DNA of 64,000 nucleotides. Source: Spirochaetota bacterium (lineage in GTDB: Bacteria; Spirochaetota; UBA4802; UBA5550). Under the pieces are notes generated by a model. That model made no database searches and was not told where the DNA came from. It saw nothing but the letters and a program-made list of their open reading frames with translations. The position numbers and the translations under genes were made by a program. This document shows, piece after piece, positions 29,609 to 39,781 of this stretch. The stretch spans positions 2,432,001 through 2,496,000 of the forward strand of contig OY760686.1 of assembly GCA_963663865.1 (NCBI GenBank), written 5' to 3'. The stretch's first letter is position 1. Every line of letters starts with the position of its first letter.

Positions 29609-31261
29609 TTATTTTACAACAAAGAAGTCTACTTTTGATTTAAGTCCTTCAGCTATGGTGTTAATCTCACCCGCGCTGTTAGAAAGCTGATCTGCGTTGC
29701 TGGCGTTCTCCTGGGTCATTGTACTGATGCTGTTTACCGAAGTAACAATCTCGTCAATTGAAAGCTTCTGTTCATCGGTTGCTGTTTTAATCTCGACTGA
29801 TTTTGTCTTAACGATCTCCGCCTGCTTGCTAACAAAATTACCGGTTTCAATCTGTTTCTGCATAGCTCCAAAAGTGAGGTCAATCTTGTCGCTGATTTTA
29901 TTGACTCCAGAAATGATGATGCCGGTATTTGCGACCGTGCTCTGCACGCTCTTCATACCCTTTTGTATCTCATTATCGTTCTCTTTAATGATCTTGACGA
30001 TATCCTTGATACTCGCGGCTGTTTCATCAGCAAGTTTTGTGATCTCATCTGAAACAACTGCAAATCCGCGTCCAGCGTCTCCAGCTCTTGCGGCCTCAAT
30101 AGCGGCGTTAAGGGACAGCAGGTTTATCTGCTCAGAGATATCGCTTATAATATTTACAATGCCCGTCATGACCTTGGAGCTTTCACCAATTCGAGTCATA
30201 CTCTGACTCATCAAATCAAGTGAACTCTCGGCTTCTTTAACATTGTCTGAGATGTTTCTTGTCTCCTGCTGGACATCGCCTATCATCTCGTTCATTTCTG
30301 AATTGTATCTGGATAGATCCTGAATGCGTTCAATAAGCATATTTAGGTTTACAAGCTGATCTTCAGCGCCTTCCACAACATTCTTGACCCTGACAGCCAT
30401 ATTCTCAATACCGGAGTTTATTTCCTCAGAGGACGCAGCCTGATTCTGAGCATTGTCCGAGAATGAGACCGAAGCAACATGCATCTCTTCAATTGAATGA
30501 ATCAGTTTTGCGGATACGAACTTAACATCACGAATAACATCGATAATTCTGACAGTAAACTCGTTGAAACTGTAAACAAGCCGGACTATTTCATCCTTTA
30601 TGCTTGCGTAATTTATAGTGTCCGAGATTGCTGATGAAATTGACATATCCATACTGTTGTCGCCGTCAATAGTCAGATCACCCTGTGTTATCTTGTTGAC
30701 CTTGGAAACAAGGAATGGAATAGGTTCAAATACTATCTTGGAAATCCATGTTATCGTCAGAGCTATCAGCACAAAAACGACGCAGGCCATTATAAACATT
30801 TTGTTTCTGACACTCGTAAGGGCCGCCTCACGGTGATAATCGGTAAAGGTCACCTCAAGCGTTCCGATTTTGATATCATCCATAACGAATTCACGTTTAA
30901 CAGATATGTCGTTGGATCCCTTAATTTTCTTTGTCAGGTTAACAAGCTCAATACCGCTTCCTTCCTTAATGTTGATTCTCGTTATATCAGGGTCGGAGAA
31001 AAAGGACTTACAAATGCTTTCCATCGCTCCCACTTCATACTGCCAGAGGTTATTCATATTTGAAGCGATAATAAGATTTGTGAACCTTTCAGTTTTGTCC
31101 TTTAAATCCTTTGTATCCTTGCCCCTCATGCTGCCTGTAATAAAGAGCGTAAAAATCAGGAAAGATGCAAACACTACCATAATGGTAGGTATCATGATTT
31201 TGTTTTTAAGTGTCATCTTGTAAAGGTACTGATGAAACTTAATCCATAGCTTGTTGTTCAT
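29609..31261 (-). CDS. Methyl-accepting chemotaxis protein (2 TM, about 95-aa periplasmic sensor, HAMP)
   Basis: [36 protein letters not shown] signalling core; two TM helices. Confidence 0.95.
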   Translation of the reverse strand: MNNKLWIKFHQYLYKMTLKNKIMIPTIMVVFASFLIFTLFITGSMRGKDTKDLKDKTERFTNLIIASNMNNLWQYEVGAMESICKSFFSDPDITRINIKEGSGIELVNLTKKIKGSNDISVKREFVMDDIKIGTLEVTFTDYHREAALTSVRNKMFIMACVVFVLIALTITWISKIVFEPIPFLVSKVNKITQGDLTIDGDNSMDMSISSAISDTINYASIKDEIVRLVYSFNEFTVRIIDVIRDVKFVSAKLIHSIEEMHVASVSFSDNAQNQAASSEEINSGIENMAVRVKNVVEGAEDQLVNLNMLIERIQDLSRYNSEMNEMIGDVQQETRNISDNVKEAESSLDLMSQSMTRIGESSKVMTGIVNIISDISEQINLLSLNAAIEAARAGDAGRGFAVVSDEITKLADETAASIKDIVKIIKENDNEIQKGMKSVQSTVANTGIIISGVNKISDKIDLTFGAMQKQIETGNFVSKQAEIVKTKSVEIKTATDEQKLSIDEIVTSVNSISTMTQENASNADQLSNSAGEINTIAEGLKSKVDFFVVK

Positions 31262-31290
31262 CGCGAAGTCCCCGTTTTTTTTGTTTACTG

Positions 31291-32397
31291 TTACTGTATC
31301 TGATTAAGTATCATATTAATACTGAAATTATATCTGCCAAGACCCCTGTTAAAGGCCTTTGAAAAGCGCTTAAAGTCAATCTGACCCCAGTTCTCCTTCG
31401 ACAATTTCCTGGTGTAAAGATTTGCAGTGTATCTGTTTATCTCTGCCATTTTTGAATTCTGAACTACTCCTTCGGATGCGAAGTCCGCTCCGTTAAAATA
31501 GTCATAAATCATTATTGCTGCCCAGGCCCCTTCCATAAAGTGTCCGCCGAGGCTGACATTCATATCACCTTCGCCCACACTTTTGAAACCGTCCTGGCTC
31601 CAGTCGATACCTCCCGTTACAACATCTGCGCCGGGCTTAAATCCGAGTTTTTTACAGCCCTGCACAACTCCGACTGAAATCGAATCACTTGCCGCCCACA
31701 CTGCTGTGGTTTCAGGATAACGGCTTCTCTTAAACAAATCAAACTTCTGCTCAGCCACTGCTGAGGACCAGTCAGTGTTAAATATCTGTTTCAAATCTAC
31801 ACGAGGGTTATTCTTTACTGCTCTCTTCAATCCTTTAACCCTTTCAATCGAGGCTCCGTCAGCAATATTGCCTGCAAGAGCAACCATCTCGATTTTGCCT
31901 TCCCTGTTTCTTCCGGCATTTTGCATAAGAATATTGGCAAGCCGATATCCCGCCTCTTCGTCGTCAGGTGTAATCTGCCCAATCCAGTACTTGTACTTCT
32001 CTCTGGGTTTACCCATCTCCTCTTTTTCCTGAAAACCTGCATTCACTACAAAAGAAGGAATTTTTGCTTCTTCTCCCAGCTGAATTATAGTTGATCCCTG
32101 CATCTTGAAGTTCTGAAATACCAGAACACTCGGCTTATCCTTTTCGATGCACTCCTTCACCTGTTCGACCATTCTAACATGGTTGCCATTCGCATAATAG
32201 GCCTTTAGCTCCATTCCGAGATCCTCACAGGCAAAGCGCATAAATTCTACAAATTGCCCCCAGAAAAGGTCATCCTCTGTTCTTGGTGCAAAAAATGCCA
32301 CCTTTAGCTTGCCGTCGGCAGCGCTCAATGTATCTCGAAGTGGAATGATTGATAATAACAATAATGCCGCAATCACTGCCTTAAACCTGATTTTCAC
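31291..32397 (-). CDS. Periplasmic sugar-binding protein (type I PBP fold) without cognate ABC permease
   Basis: Signal peptide; D.FW, PD...AGY, ER..GL, W and GGIDWS PBP1 features; GTG start with GAGGTG RBS. Confidence 0.85.
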   Translation of the reverse strand: MKIRFKAVIAALLLLSIIPLRDTLSAADGKLKVAFFAPRTEDDLFWGQFVEFMRFACEDLGMELKAYYANGNHVRMVEQVKECIEKDKPSVLVFQNFKMQGSTIIQLGEEAKIPSFVVNAGFQEKEEMGKPREKYKYWIGQITPDDEEAGYRLANILMQNAGRNREGKIEMVALAGNIADGASIERVKGLKRAVKNNPRVDLKQIFNTDWSSAVAEQKFDLFKRSRYPETTAVWAASDSISVGVVQGCKKLGFKPGADVVTGGIDWSQDGFKSVGEGDMNVSLGGHFMEGAWAAIMIYDYFNGADFASEGVVQNSKMAEINRYTANLYTRKLSKENWGQIDFKRFSKAFNRGLGRYNFSINMILNQIQ

Positions 32398-32720
32398 CTA
32401 TCCACCTCTTAAAACTCGCAAATTTTGCTTAATGATTTTATATGTGACTTTTGCTGTCTATTAAAATTATTACAAGTAATTAATGAAATATTTCCAATAA
32501 ATTGTCAGGCTCGTGTTCAGATGCAAAATTCAAAACAGTCCGCCTATCAATCAATTCCACCATACAGGGCTATTGCGGAAATGTCAAATACGGCTAATAA
32601 ACACATGCGTTGTAAATATATTTTTATTGTTAAAATAATTATCGACATATTACAAGTGTAAAATGAACCGGAGGATAAATTTTTTTGATTTGTGGCGGGA
32701 ATTGTAACTATTAATAAACA

Positions 32721-32755
32721 TTTCAGGAGAAAGGCAAAAAGCCTCTCCCCTGAAA
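32721..32755 (-). terminator. Terminator-like hairpin after glk
   Basis: tttcagg.gaga.ggc...gcc.tctc.cctgaaa imperfect stem just downstream of glk. Confidence 0.55.
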
Positions 32756-32764
32756 CGAAATACA

Positions 32765-33832
32765 CTAAATGAGATTGACTGCCGCGTTAGCCGCTCCGTA
32801 AAGAGAAACTGAATAATCCCTGATTATGTAAACAGGAATATCTTTCAGTATAGCAGAAATGTTCTCTTTGTAATTGTTCTCAAACTGGGCCATGAAAAGA
32901 TTGTCTCTGAGTATCATCTCTTCATTTTTTGCAGAAATCCCGCCTGCGATAAAAACGCCTCCGGCGGGAAGCATGATTGTACTGAGACTTCCAGCGAAAT
33001 TTCCGAGCATCTTAACGAAAGTTTCCATCATCTTTTTACAGTCTTCATTTACAAAGCTATATTTTGAGATGAGGGCAGGCTTCTCGTCATCGCTCGCCGC
33101 CTCAATTTCATTAATAACATCATCAAAAACAATATTCTTTTTGTCGCGGAAAAATCTGTAAATATTGAGTATTCCCTGCCCCGAAACAAAAGGCTCAACA
33201 CCCGGCTTGACGTCTATCTTTGAATAGATATAATCTTTGAGTTCCCACGTTACAGAATCAAAAGCGGCGAAATCGGAGTGTCCTCCTTCAGACGAAAAAG
33301 GAATGTATTTGCCTTCTTTTGTCGGAACAAGATAACCAACTCCAAGCCCCGTTCCCGGGCCAATTACAAGTTTTACCCCGTTCTTCGCCTGTGGAATTGT
33401 TCCGTCGCAGTGTGGAATTTTAAGCAATTTCGCCGGATTCTCTGTGTCAAGAATCGGAATAGCGTAGCTGATCGCAAGAAAATCGTTTATGACCTCTGTA
33501 GGTACACCGATCTCCTCGCTGATATGCTTTCCGTTTATTTCCCATGCCAGATTAGTCAGCTTGCAGCTGTTATTTGAAACAGGGCCAGCCGCGCTGATGC
33601 AGCACATATCCGGTTTTAGCCTTTTATCTTTCTGCTCAGCTAATGAAATGAGCTTGTTAATCGGCTGTATAACTCCGTCTACATCTTTGGACTTCCAGTG
33701 AGCCTCAACGATCATTGTGAATTTTCCGTTCTTTTCACCTACGATTGCAAGGTTAGTATTAGTTCCTCCGATGTCTCCGGCAAGAATAATCCTGCTCTGG
33801 TCAAAGTCTTCACTCTGCCATTCCACTTTCAT
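32765..33832 (-). CDS. glk: Glucokinase (E. coli Glk type)
   Basis: AGDIGGTN, AAGPV, LTN, INDF.A, GPGTGLG, SEGGH and GGV.IAGGI motifs. Confidence 0.93.
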   Translation of the reverse strand: MKVEWQSEDFDQSRIILAGDIGGTNTNLAIVGEKNGKFTMIVEAHWKSKDVDGVIQPINKLISLAEQKDKRLKPDMCCISAAGPVSNNSCKLTNLAWEINGKHISEEIGVPTEVINDFLAISYAIPILDTENPAKLLKIPHCDGTIPQAKNGVKLVIGPGTGLGVGYLVPTKEGKYIPFSSEGGHSDFAAFDSVTWELKDYIYSKIDVKPGVEPFVSGQGILNIYRFFRDKKNIVFDDVINEIEAASDDEKPALISKYSFVNEDCKKMMETFVKMLGNFAGSLSTIMLPAGGVFIAGGISAKNEEMILRDNLFMAQFENNYKENISAILKDIPVYIIRDYSVSLYGAANAAVNLI

Positions 33833-33855
33833 GCTCTTTGCCTCCATCATAATAA

Positions 33856-35139
33856 TTACTTCTCGTCAGCTGACGCGCCTTTAAACGCGAAGAATGTTAT
33901 ATATACGTAGCATACAAGAGGAACAATTAAAGAAAACTGTATGCTTTTCATGTCGGCAATTCCAGCCTGAATGAGAGGTATAAGAGCTCCGCCAACGATA
34001 GCCATGTTTAGAAGGGCTGATCCCTGGCTTGTTTTGCTGCCAAGTCCCGCAATTGAAAGGCTGAAAATGGTCGGGAACATTACCGAGTTAAACAGTCCTA
34101 CAAGAAGGATAGCAACCATAGCAACGTGTCCAGTTGCAGTCATTGACACAACAACCATAGCTACTGCAGCCAGACCGCAAACCGCGAGTACTTTCTTTGC
34201 ATCAATCTTCTGCATGATAACTGAACCGATGAATCGGCCAGCCATAGCGCCGCCCCAGTAATATGCAACAAACTTACCGGCCTGCTCCATGCTGTATGTG
34301 AGTCCAAGCTCTTTTCCTGCGATAAAGTTTACAAGAAGCGTACCGATTGCCACTTCAGCTCCAACATAGAAGAATATACCGAAAACTCCAAGCATGAGAT
34401 GCTTATACTGCCATATCTTCTTTCCACTATCTTTTGTCTTTGTTTCTGCAGCGTCTGTACCAACTATTTCAGGGAGCTTAATAAGCGCGAAGAAAAGGGC
34501 AATCACGAACAGCAGAACAGCAAGAACAATATAGGGCCCCTGTACGGCGTTAGCGGCCTGCATGTTATACGCTTCCTTCTCAAGGGCGCTCATCATCTTT
34601 ACCTGTTCAGGGCTCTGAATAGCTGAAGAAAGGATAAACACTGATCCAAGATAAGGAGCCACAGTCGTTCCAAGTGAATTAAGAGCCTGTGTAAGGTTAA
34701 GTCTGCTTGATGCAGTTTCGGGCTTTCCCAACACCGTAACATATGGATTAGCGGCTACCTGAAGAACGGTGATTCCGGAAGCCATTACGAAGAGCGCTCC
34801 AAGAAAAATCCAGTACTGTTGAATAGTCGCTGCCGGGTAGAAGAGCAGACATCCTACTCCAGCAATTGCAAGACCAACAACGATACCCTTTCTGTAACCA
34901 AGCTTCTTTACTATTACTCCCGAAGGAAGCGACATGATAAAAAATGCCATAAAGAAGCAGACCTGTATGAGCATGGCCTGTGTTTTGTTTAGCTCAAATA
35001 CTCCCTGAAGATGCGGATAGAGTATTCCGTTAAGTGATGTGAGAAGCCCCCACATGAAGAAAAGCGATGTAAGGATTATAAGTTCCTTAGCATAACCTTT
35101 CCCGCCGGCATTGCCGGAACCGCTTACTGCGTTAGACAT
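33856..35139 (-). CDS. gluP: Glucose/galactose MFS transporter (GluP/FucP family)
   Basis: LFFMWG, LQVAANPYV.LG...AS.RLNL.QA.NS.GT, F.YVG.EV, YW.GAM.GRF.G and NS.MFPTIF motifs. Confidence 0.9.
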   Translation of the reverse strand: MSNAVSGSGNAGGKGYAKELIILTSLFFMWGLLTSLNGILYPHLQGVFELNKTQAMLIQVCFFMAFFIMSLPSGVIVKKLGYRKGIVVGLAIAGVGCLLFYPAATIQQYWIFLGALFVMASGITVLQVAANPYVTVLGKPETASSRLNLTQALNSLGTTVAPYLGSVFILSSAIQSPEQVKMMSALEKEAYNMQAANAVQGPYIVLAVLLFVIALFFALIKLPEIVGTDAAETKTKDSGKKIWQYKHLMLGVFGIFFYVGAEVAIGTLLVNFIAGKELGLTYSMEQAGKFVAYYWGGAMAGRFIGSVIMQKIDAKKVLAVCGLAAVAMVVVSMTATGHVAMVAILLVGLFNSVMFPTIFSLSIAGLGSKTSQGSALLNMAIVGGALIPLIQAGIADMKSIQFSLIVPLVCYVYITFFAFKGASADEK

Positions 35140-35576
35140 TTCGTCCTCCTGGTTTTGTGTCTTTTGTATTTCTATGTACAGCCGGCAATAGTTCCTTAGT
35201 TATAAATAGCTCTTATGCATCATTAACAGCGACAAGATGACATAATGCCCTTTGTATAAAAAAAACTACTTATAATAAAATGAAAAAATTACCGGGACTA
35301 TCTTATTATAGTTAATCTAAAATCGCGCTTAAAAAATCAATAATAATTCATTATTAATTAGAAAAGTTTTAAAGATTTGTCTTGTTGATTATCTCATTTT
35401 TTATGTGAGTATTCTGAAAATATCAATAAATATTTGCCTTGAGCAGTACATGGGCTGAAAGAAAGCGTCTCTGCGATTTGATAACACAAAAAGCCATCAG
35501 GCCTGTTGAGGCATAACCTGACACTTTGACCTGCTGATTTCAATGAAAGAAGTATAAGCGGACGCATATTGACTAC

Positions 35577-35613
35577 AAAAAAAGCCCGGGAGATATAATA
35601 CCGCCCGGGCCTT
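35577..35613 (-). terminator. Rho-independent terminator after porin gene
   Basis: Minus strand gcccggg...cccgggc followed by a T-run. Confidence 0.75.
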
Positions 35614-35650
35614 AAAATTTCGTTTTATAAACTTTTTAAACTACACAGAA

Positions 35651-36817
35651 TTAGAACTTGTACTCAACACGTACACGGTAACTTGAAGTTTCGTTTTCCT
35701 GTTGTGACAATGTAGCAGTCTTAACATCTCCAGTCATTAAACCATAAACGAATTTAACGGAAAGACCGTCAACCGGTGTAAAATACTTGATGAAGCCATA
35801 AGGCTGAGTGTGACCAAGCTCGTTATTACCGTTGACAGACTCTTTGTATGTGTAGTGGTAACCACCGCCAAGGCTGACAATCTTGAATAATTCAAGATTA
35901 AGAAATCCGCCATAGCTGTATATGTCGTAAGAAGAATCCTTGTTTTGTCCTCCGCCGCTGGTAATACCAAGATTTTCTTCATAAGTTGAAGCGGCATAGC
36001 TAACTCCAGCTGAAACGGCAATTCCATCTACTCCAGGAATCTGGAAGCTGTTAATCTTTGCGCTACCGCCATATCCCATCAATTTTTTCTTGAGATCCTC
36101 TGTGTCTTCGCGTAAAGGATCAATCATGTAATACTCCATTCCGCCTGTGAGCTGAACAAACTCCCATTTGAAATCAAGAACAGGACGCACTCCATACATG
36201 TTATCCGAGTTCGCTCCAGAAATACCGAAAACAGAAGCAACTTCAAGAGTAAGCATATCAGCATTTCCCATTGAGCCAAGAGGTTTTACATGGATCGCTG
36301 CCTGGCCGTTTCTATCGAAGTGACCTCTTGTAGCGTCGAGCTCATATATAACCGGAGTACCATTGTATCCAAAAAAAGCACCCTTTCTCTCGTCTGTGTA
36401 CTGTTCAAGACCTTCGCCCTTGGAGTAAACCTCAAGTCCCTGAAATCTTCCTACTCTGACATCCCAGAGATTTTTCATTCCGAACTCAACATATGAGTCA
36501 AGAGGAATAACACCGAGGTTCTCTGTGTCTGTACTGGCAGAGTCAACGTTTGAGTTAACAGCCATCTCTGCTCTTGCCTTGCCGTAAAAACCATTCATTT
36601 CCTTTTCATATTCCATAGCGAAAACAAAACGTCCAGCCTGATATGTTTTTTCTCGATTAGGAGCGACAGTTGTATTTTCGTTATCAGTTGTCATGAAACC
36701 CATATCTGACCAAAAATAACCTGAATATTTGAACGGATCGTCGTTCTTTGTCTCCTGAGCAAAAACCATCGCAGGAAGAAGCAGCATTGCTGCAAGTAAA
36801 GCATACATCTTTTTCAT
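35651..36817 (-). CDS. Outer-membrane porin-like beta-barrel (putative carbohydrate porin)
   Basis: Signal peptide MKKMY...VFA; amphipathic strands; C-terminal VEYKF; directly downstream of the GH3 gene. Confidence 0.75.
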   Translation of the reverse strand: MKKMYALLAAMLLLPAMVFAQETKNDDPFKYSGYFWSDMGFMTTDNENTTVAPNREKTYQAGRFVFAMEYEKEMNGFYGKARAEMAVNSNVDSASTDTENLGVIPLDSYVEFGMKNLWDVRVGRFQGLEVYSKGEGLEQYTDERKGAFFGYNGTPVIYELDATRGHFDRNGQAAIHVKPLGSMGNADMLTLEVASVFGISGANSDNMYGVRPVLDFKWEFVQLTGGMEYYMIDPLREDTEDLKKKLMGYGGSAKINSFQIPGVDGIAVSAGVSYAASTYEENLGITSGGGQNKDSSYDIYSYGGFLNLELFKIVSLGGGYHYTYKESVNGNNELGHTQPYGFIKYFTPVDGLSVKFVYGLMTGDVKTATLSQQENETSSYRVRVEYKF

Positions 36818-36886
36818 GTTCTTCTCCATTTTGTTAAAGTATGCCGGCGGCAATTGCCGCCGGTTTTTATTGAAATACCAATATAA

Positions 36887-39487
36887 TTACTCGACTACAG
36901 AAGCAGCTGCATCAGTTTCGTCAGATGTTTCTGTATAATCGAAATTAATTGTATCTGTAAGTCTGTTTTGAGCAGAAGGATCAGCGCTGTCTGCAACGAT
37001 CAGAGAATAATCTATATCTTCAAAGACCATCTTCTCAGAGGCTTCATCGTAGTACTTCAATTCATCCGGATTGATATAAATTGTTGCAGTTTCAGTTGCT
37101 CCAGCTGCTATTTGAACCCTGTCGAATCCGAACAGCTGTTTCTCCGGCCTTCCATAAGTGTCATCTACCTGAGTCTGCTCAAAACCTATAAATGCCATAA
37201 CAGATTCAGCGGCGTCATAAGACCCATTGTTGGTCACCTGGACCGTGACTTTCGCCATCTGACTTCCACCTGTTTCTGTGGCATCAAGCTCGACCACGCG
37301 TCCATCCACATATCTGGCATTTACCATCTCAACGTTAAGCCCGCTATATGTATAAGTATTGTAACTGAGTCCGTATCCAAACCAGTACCTCGGTTCTTTG
37401 TCAGTTGTGGTCGGCAAATCCTTGTCAAACCATCTGTAGCCATGATAGTACCCGTATTCGTACTCAGTTGTATCGCGGCTTGTAGGATAATTGGGAAGCT
37501 GCTCCTGAGTCTTCGGCCATGTAATCGGCGTTTTACCGGAGAAGCTGACCGCTTTGGGATAATCGTCCTGAGGTACCTCGGACCATAGATTGAGTTCAAG
37601 TATTTCGCCGAATACCAGCTCTGCAATCGCCTGTCCGCCGCACATTCCGCCATACCAGGCCTGAATGATTACATCGACATCTTCCATAAAATCATCAACA
37701 AGAACAGGCGAACCCGACTCGATAACTACCATGATCTTAAGATCAGTGTTTGTTTCTTTAGCGTCAATGGCAGCCTGGATATTCCCAAGGTCCCTGTCTT
37801 TCAAAGCAAGACTGCTCCTGTCCATAGCCTCGCCCTCTTCGCCTGAATTGGGAAGGGGAACTCCTCCACCAGTCTCAATTGCAGAAAGGTTGGCCGGGAT
37901 GTATGAACAAACTACAACCGCCCACGAGGCTGTCTGAAGCGCAGTCAACGCAAGGTTGTCTGGCAAACTGGGATCATTGACTGCCACATAGGCGTTGTAA
38001 TGATCAGGATCAATTTCACCTGTAAAGTAACTCACCTTCTGATCTCCAAGAAAAGCTCTGAAACCCTGATATGGAGTAATATCCAAAGAGGCTCCCGGCG
38101 CTGATGAAATGCAGTTACTGCTTCCGATGTCTCCCTGCCTCGCAACATTAGCATACTGCCCCAGAAGCACAACCTTGTTTGTTGTAGATATTGTATTGTC
38201 TTCCTTGTCAAGAGGCAGGTATGTACCCTCTGCCGTCCCCAGGCTGTTCACGGTTCTGTCGCCGTCTTTAAGAAGAACCATACCCTCTCTTGCAGCCTCA
38301 AGGGCGAGCTGTATGGCCTCTTCAGTCTGAAGGGCTTTTGAGCTCTGATAGGCATGATACGAGTCCTCCTGGCCAATAGTGTATGTAATGCTGAAATCTC
38401 TTCCATAGTCAAGCATTCCATATTGACTTTTTCTGTAAAGAATTCTGACAACAATCGGCTTCAGGTCATCTTCAGCAACATCTCCAGCCTGTACAGCGCT
38501 TAGAAGCTGCGGACCGTAAAAAGGCTCAGCATTAGCTACCCCGGAACTGAATGGCATCTCAACTCCCATCCAGGCTTCCACAGACTCAGCAGTATTTCGC
38601 GATATCGCGTACCAGTCTGTAATGGTGTATCCTTTAAATGCCCACTCTTCAAACAGAATCTCCCTCAGGAGATTGTAATTCTGAGAACAGTACTTGCCGT
38701 TTACAAGGTTATAGGCCGTCATAAAGGCTGATACGTCCGCCTTGTCTATGGACTTCTTGAAGTGAGGCAGATAGACCTCCCTCATGGTACGCTGGTCGAT
38801 AACAGCATTGATCTGCCTTCTGCTGTTCTCTATGCTGTTTACAGCATAGTGCTTAATCAGGGCCTGCACCTGATAAGAACGGTTACCATCGATATCGTAA
38901 TATTTATTATCGCCCTTGGTGTCGACTTCCTCAGTCTTACCGGACTCCTGAACACCTGCAACGAAGGCAGCCCCCATCTCGCCGAGCAAATGAGTATCCT
39001 CACCGTATGTCTCCTGACAGCGTCCCCATCTCGGGTCAACTACCTGATTGATACATGGAGCCAAAAGAACGTAATTCCCAAGCCCTCTTGTCTCATCGCC
39101 GGCAATTTCTCCGATTTTACGCTCAAGCTCGACATCAAAAGTCGAGGCGCGGTTAATCGAAACAGGAAAAACCGTAGTGTACTTAAATTTTTCCTCATTT
39201 GTCATCGCCTTTGCGCCCCTCGGCCCGTCGCAGTACACCATGCTCGGTATATTCAACCTGTCATTGTATATCTGCGTCATCATCGAGATTACAGTAGCCT
39301 GCATCGGCCCACCGCTCATCTGGTTGACCTTCTCCTCGAGGGTCATCTCGCTGTAGAGTCTTTCCGCTCGATCCCAGTGATAATCATCCTCATTTGGAAC
39401 ATACTTGCTATCCATGCAAGCAACAAACGCGAATGAGGCAAGAAACACCACTAACGCGCCCTTAAGAATCTTATGTATTTTAAACAT
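36887..39487 (-). CDS. GH3 beta-glucosidase-family lipoprotein
   Basis: Lipobox FVAC; DGPRG, RWGR.QETYGED, KHY, M.AYN..NG, nucleophile TDW, EGE..DR, AWY.G..GG.A.A, FGYGLSY and C-terminal FN3-like domain. Confidence 0.93.
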   Translation of the reverse strand: MFKIHKILKGALVVFLASFAFVACMDSKYVPNEDDYHWDRAERLYSEMTLEEKVNQMSGGPMQATVISMMTQIYNDRLNIPSMVYCDGPRGAKAMTNEEKFKYTTVFPVSINRASTFDVELERKIGEIAGDETRGLGNYVLLAPCINQVVDPRWGRCQETYGEDTHLLGEMGAAFVAGVQESGKTEEVDTKGDNKYYDIDGNRSYQVQALIKHYAVNSIENSRRQINAVIDQRTMREVYLPHFKKSIDKADVSAFMTAYNLVNGKYCSQNYNLLREILFEEWAFKGYTITDWYAISRNTAESVEAWMGVEMPFSSGVANAEPFYGPQLLSAVQAGDVAEDDLKPIVVRILYRKSQYGMLDYGRDFSITYTIGQEDSYHAYQSSKALQTEEAIQLALEAAREGMVLLKDGDRTVNSLGTAEGTYLPLDKEDNTISTTNKVVLLGQYANVARQGDIGSSNCISSAPGASLDITPYQGFRAFLGDQKVSYFTGEIDPDHYNAYVAVNDPSLPDNLALTALQTASWAVVVCSYIPANLSAIETGGGVPLPNSGEEGEAMDRSSLALKDRDLGNIQAAIDAKETNTDLKIMVVIESGSPVLVDDFMEDVDVIIQAWYGGMCGGQAIAELVFGEILELNLWSEVPQDDYPKAVSFSGKTPITWPKTQEQLPNYPTSRDTTEYEYGYYHGYRWFDKDLPTTTDKEPRYWFGYGLSYNTYTYSGLNVEMVNARYVDGRVVELDATETGGSQMAKVTVQVTNNGSYDAAESVMAFIGFEQTQVDDTYGRPEKQLFGFDRVQIAAGATETATIYINPDELKYYDEASEKMVFEDIDYSLIVADSADPSAQNRLTDTINFDYTETSDETDAAASVVE

Positions 39488-39781
39488 AAAACCCTCCTCC
39501 TAATTATTTATTCTTTTTACGAATTGATTGCGCCGCTGTAAAACGGACGTAATTTACGCAAATACATTCCGGCATAGTCTAATCGACAAGCGCTAAGCGT
39601 CAATCATTTTTGCCGGCCTGTTTCCCAAATTAATATATGCTTCTTATATATGTATAACACCAAATCATTAAAATTGCATAACCAACAAGTCACTGCATGG
39701 GGGGCAACGTCCTCACATAACCCGGTAACGTACAAAGCTTAAAAACATAAAAAACGAGCTTTGCACTATATTGCCGGAACC

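Noticed and set aside
38762-39436. Long antisense ORFs (also 40361-41077, 42457-43089, 43907-44524, 54764-55444, 56299-56856)
   Set aside because: Shadow frames opposite well-supported genes, with no motifs or RBS.
39488-39781. c-di-GMP-I riboswitch upstream of GH3 (GGCAAA...GACGC on minus strand)
   Set aside because: Lacks the GNRA hairpin, GCAAA and P3 stem arrangement.
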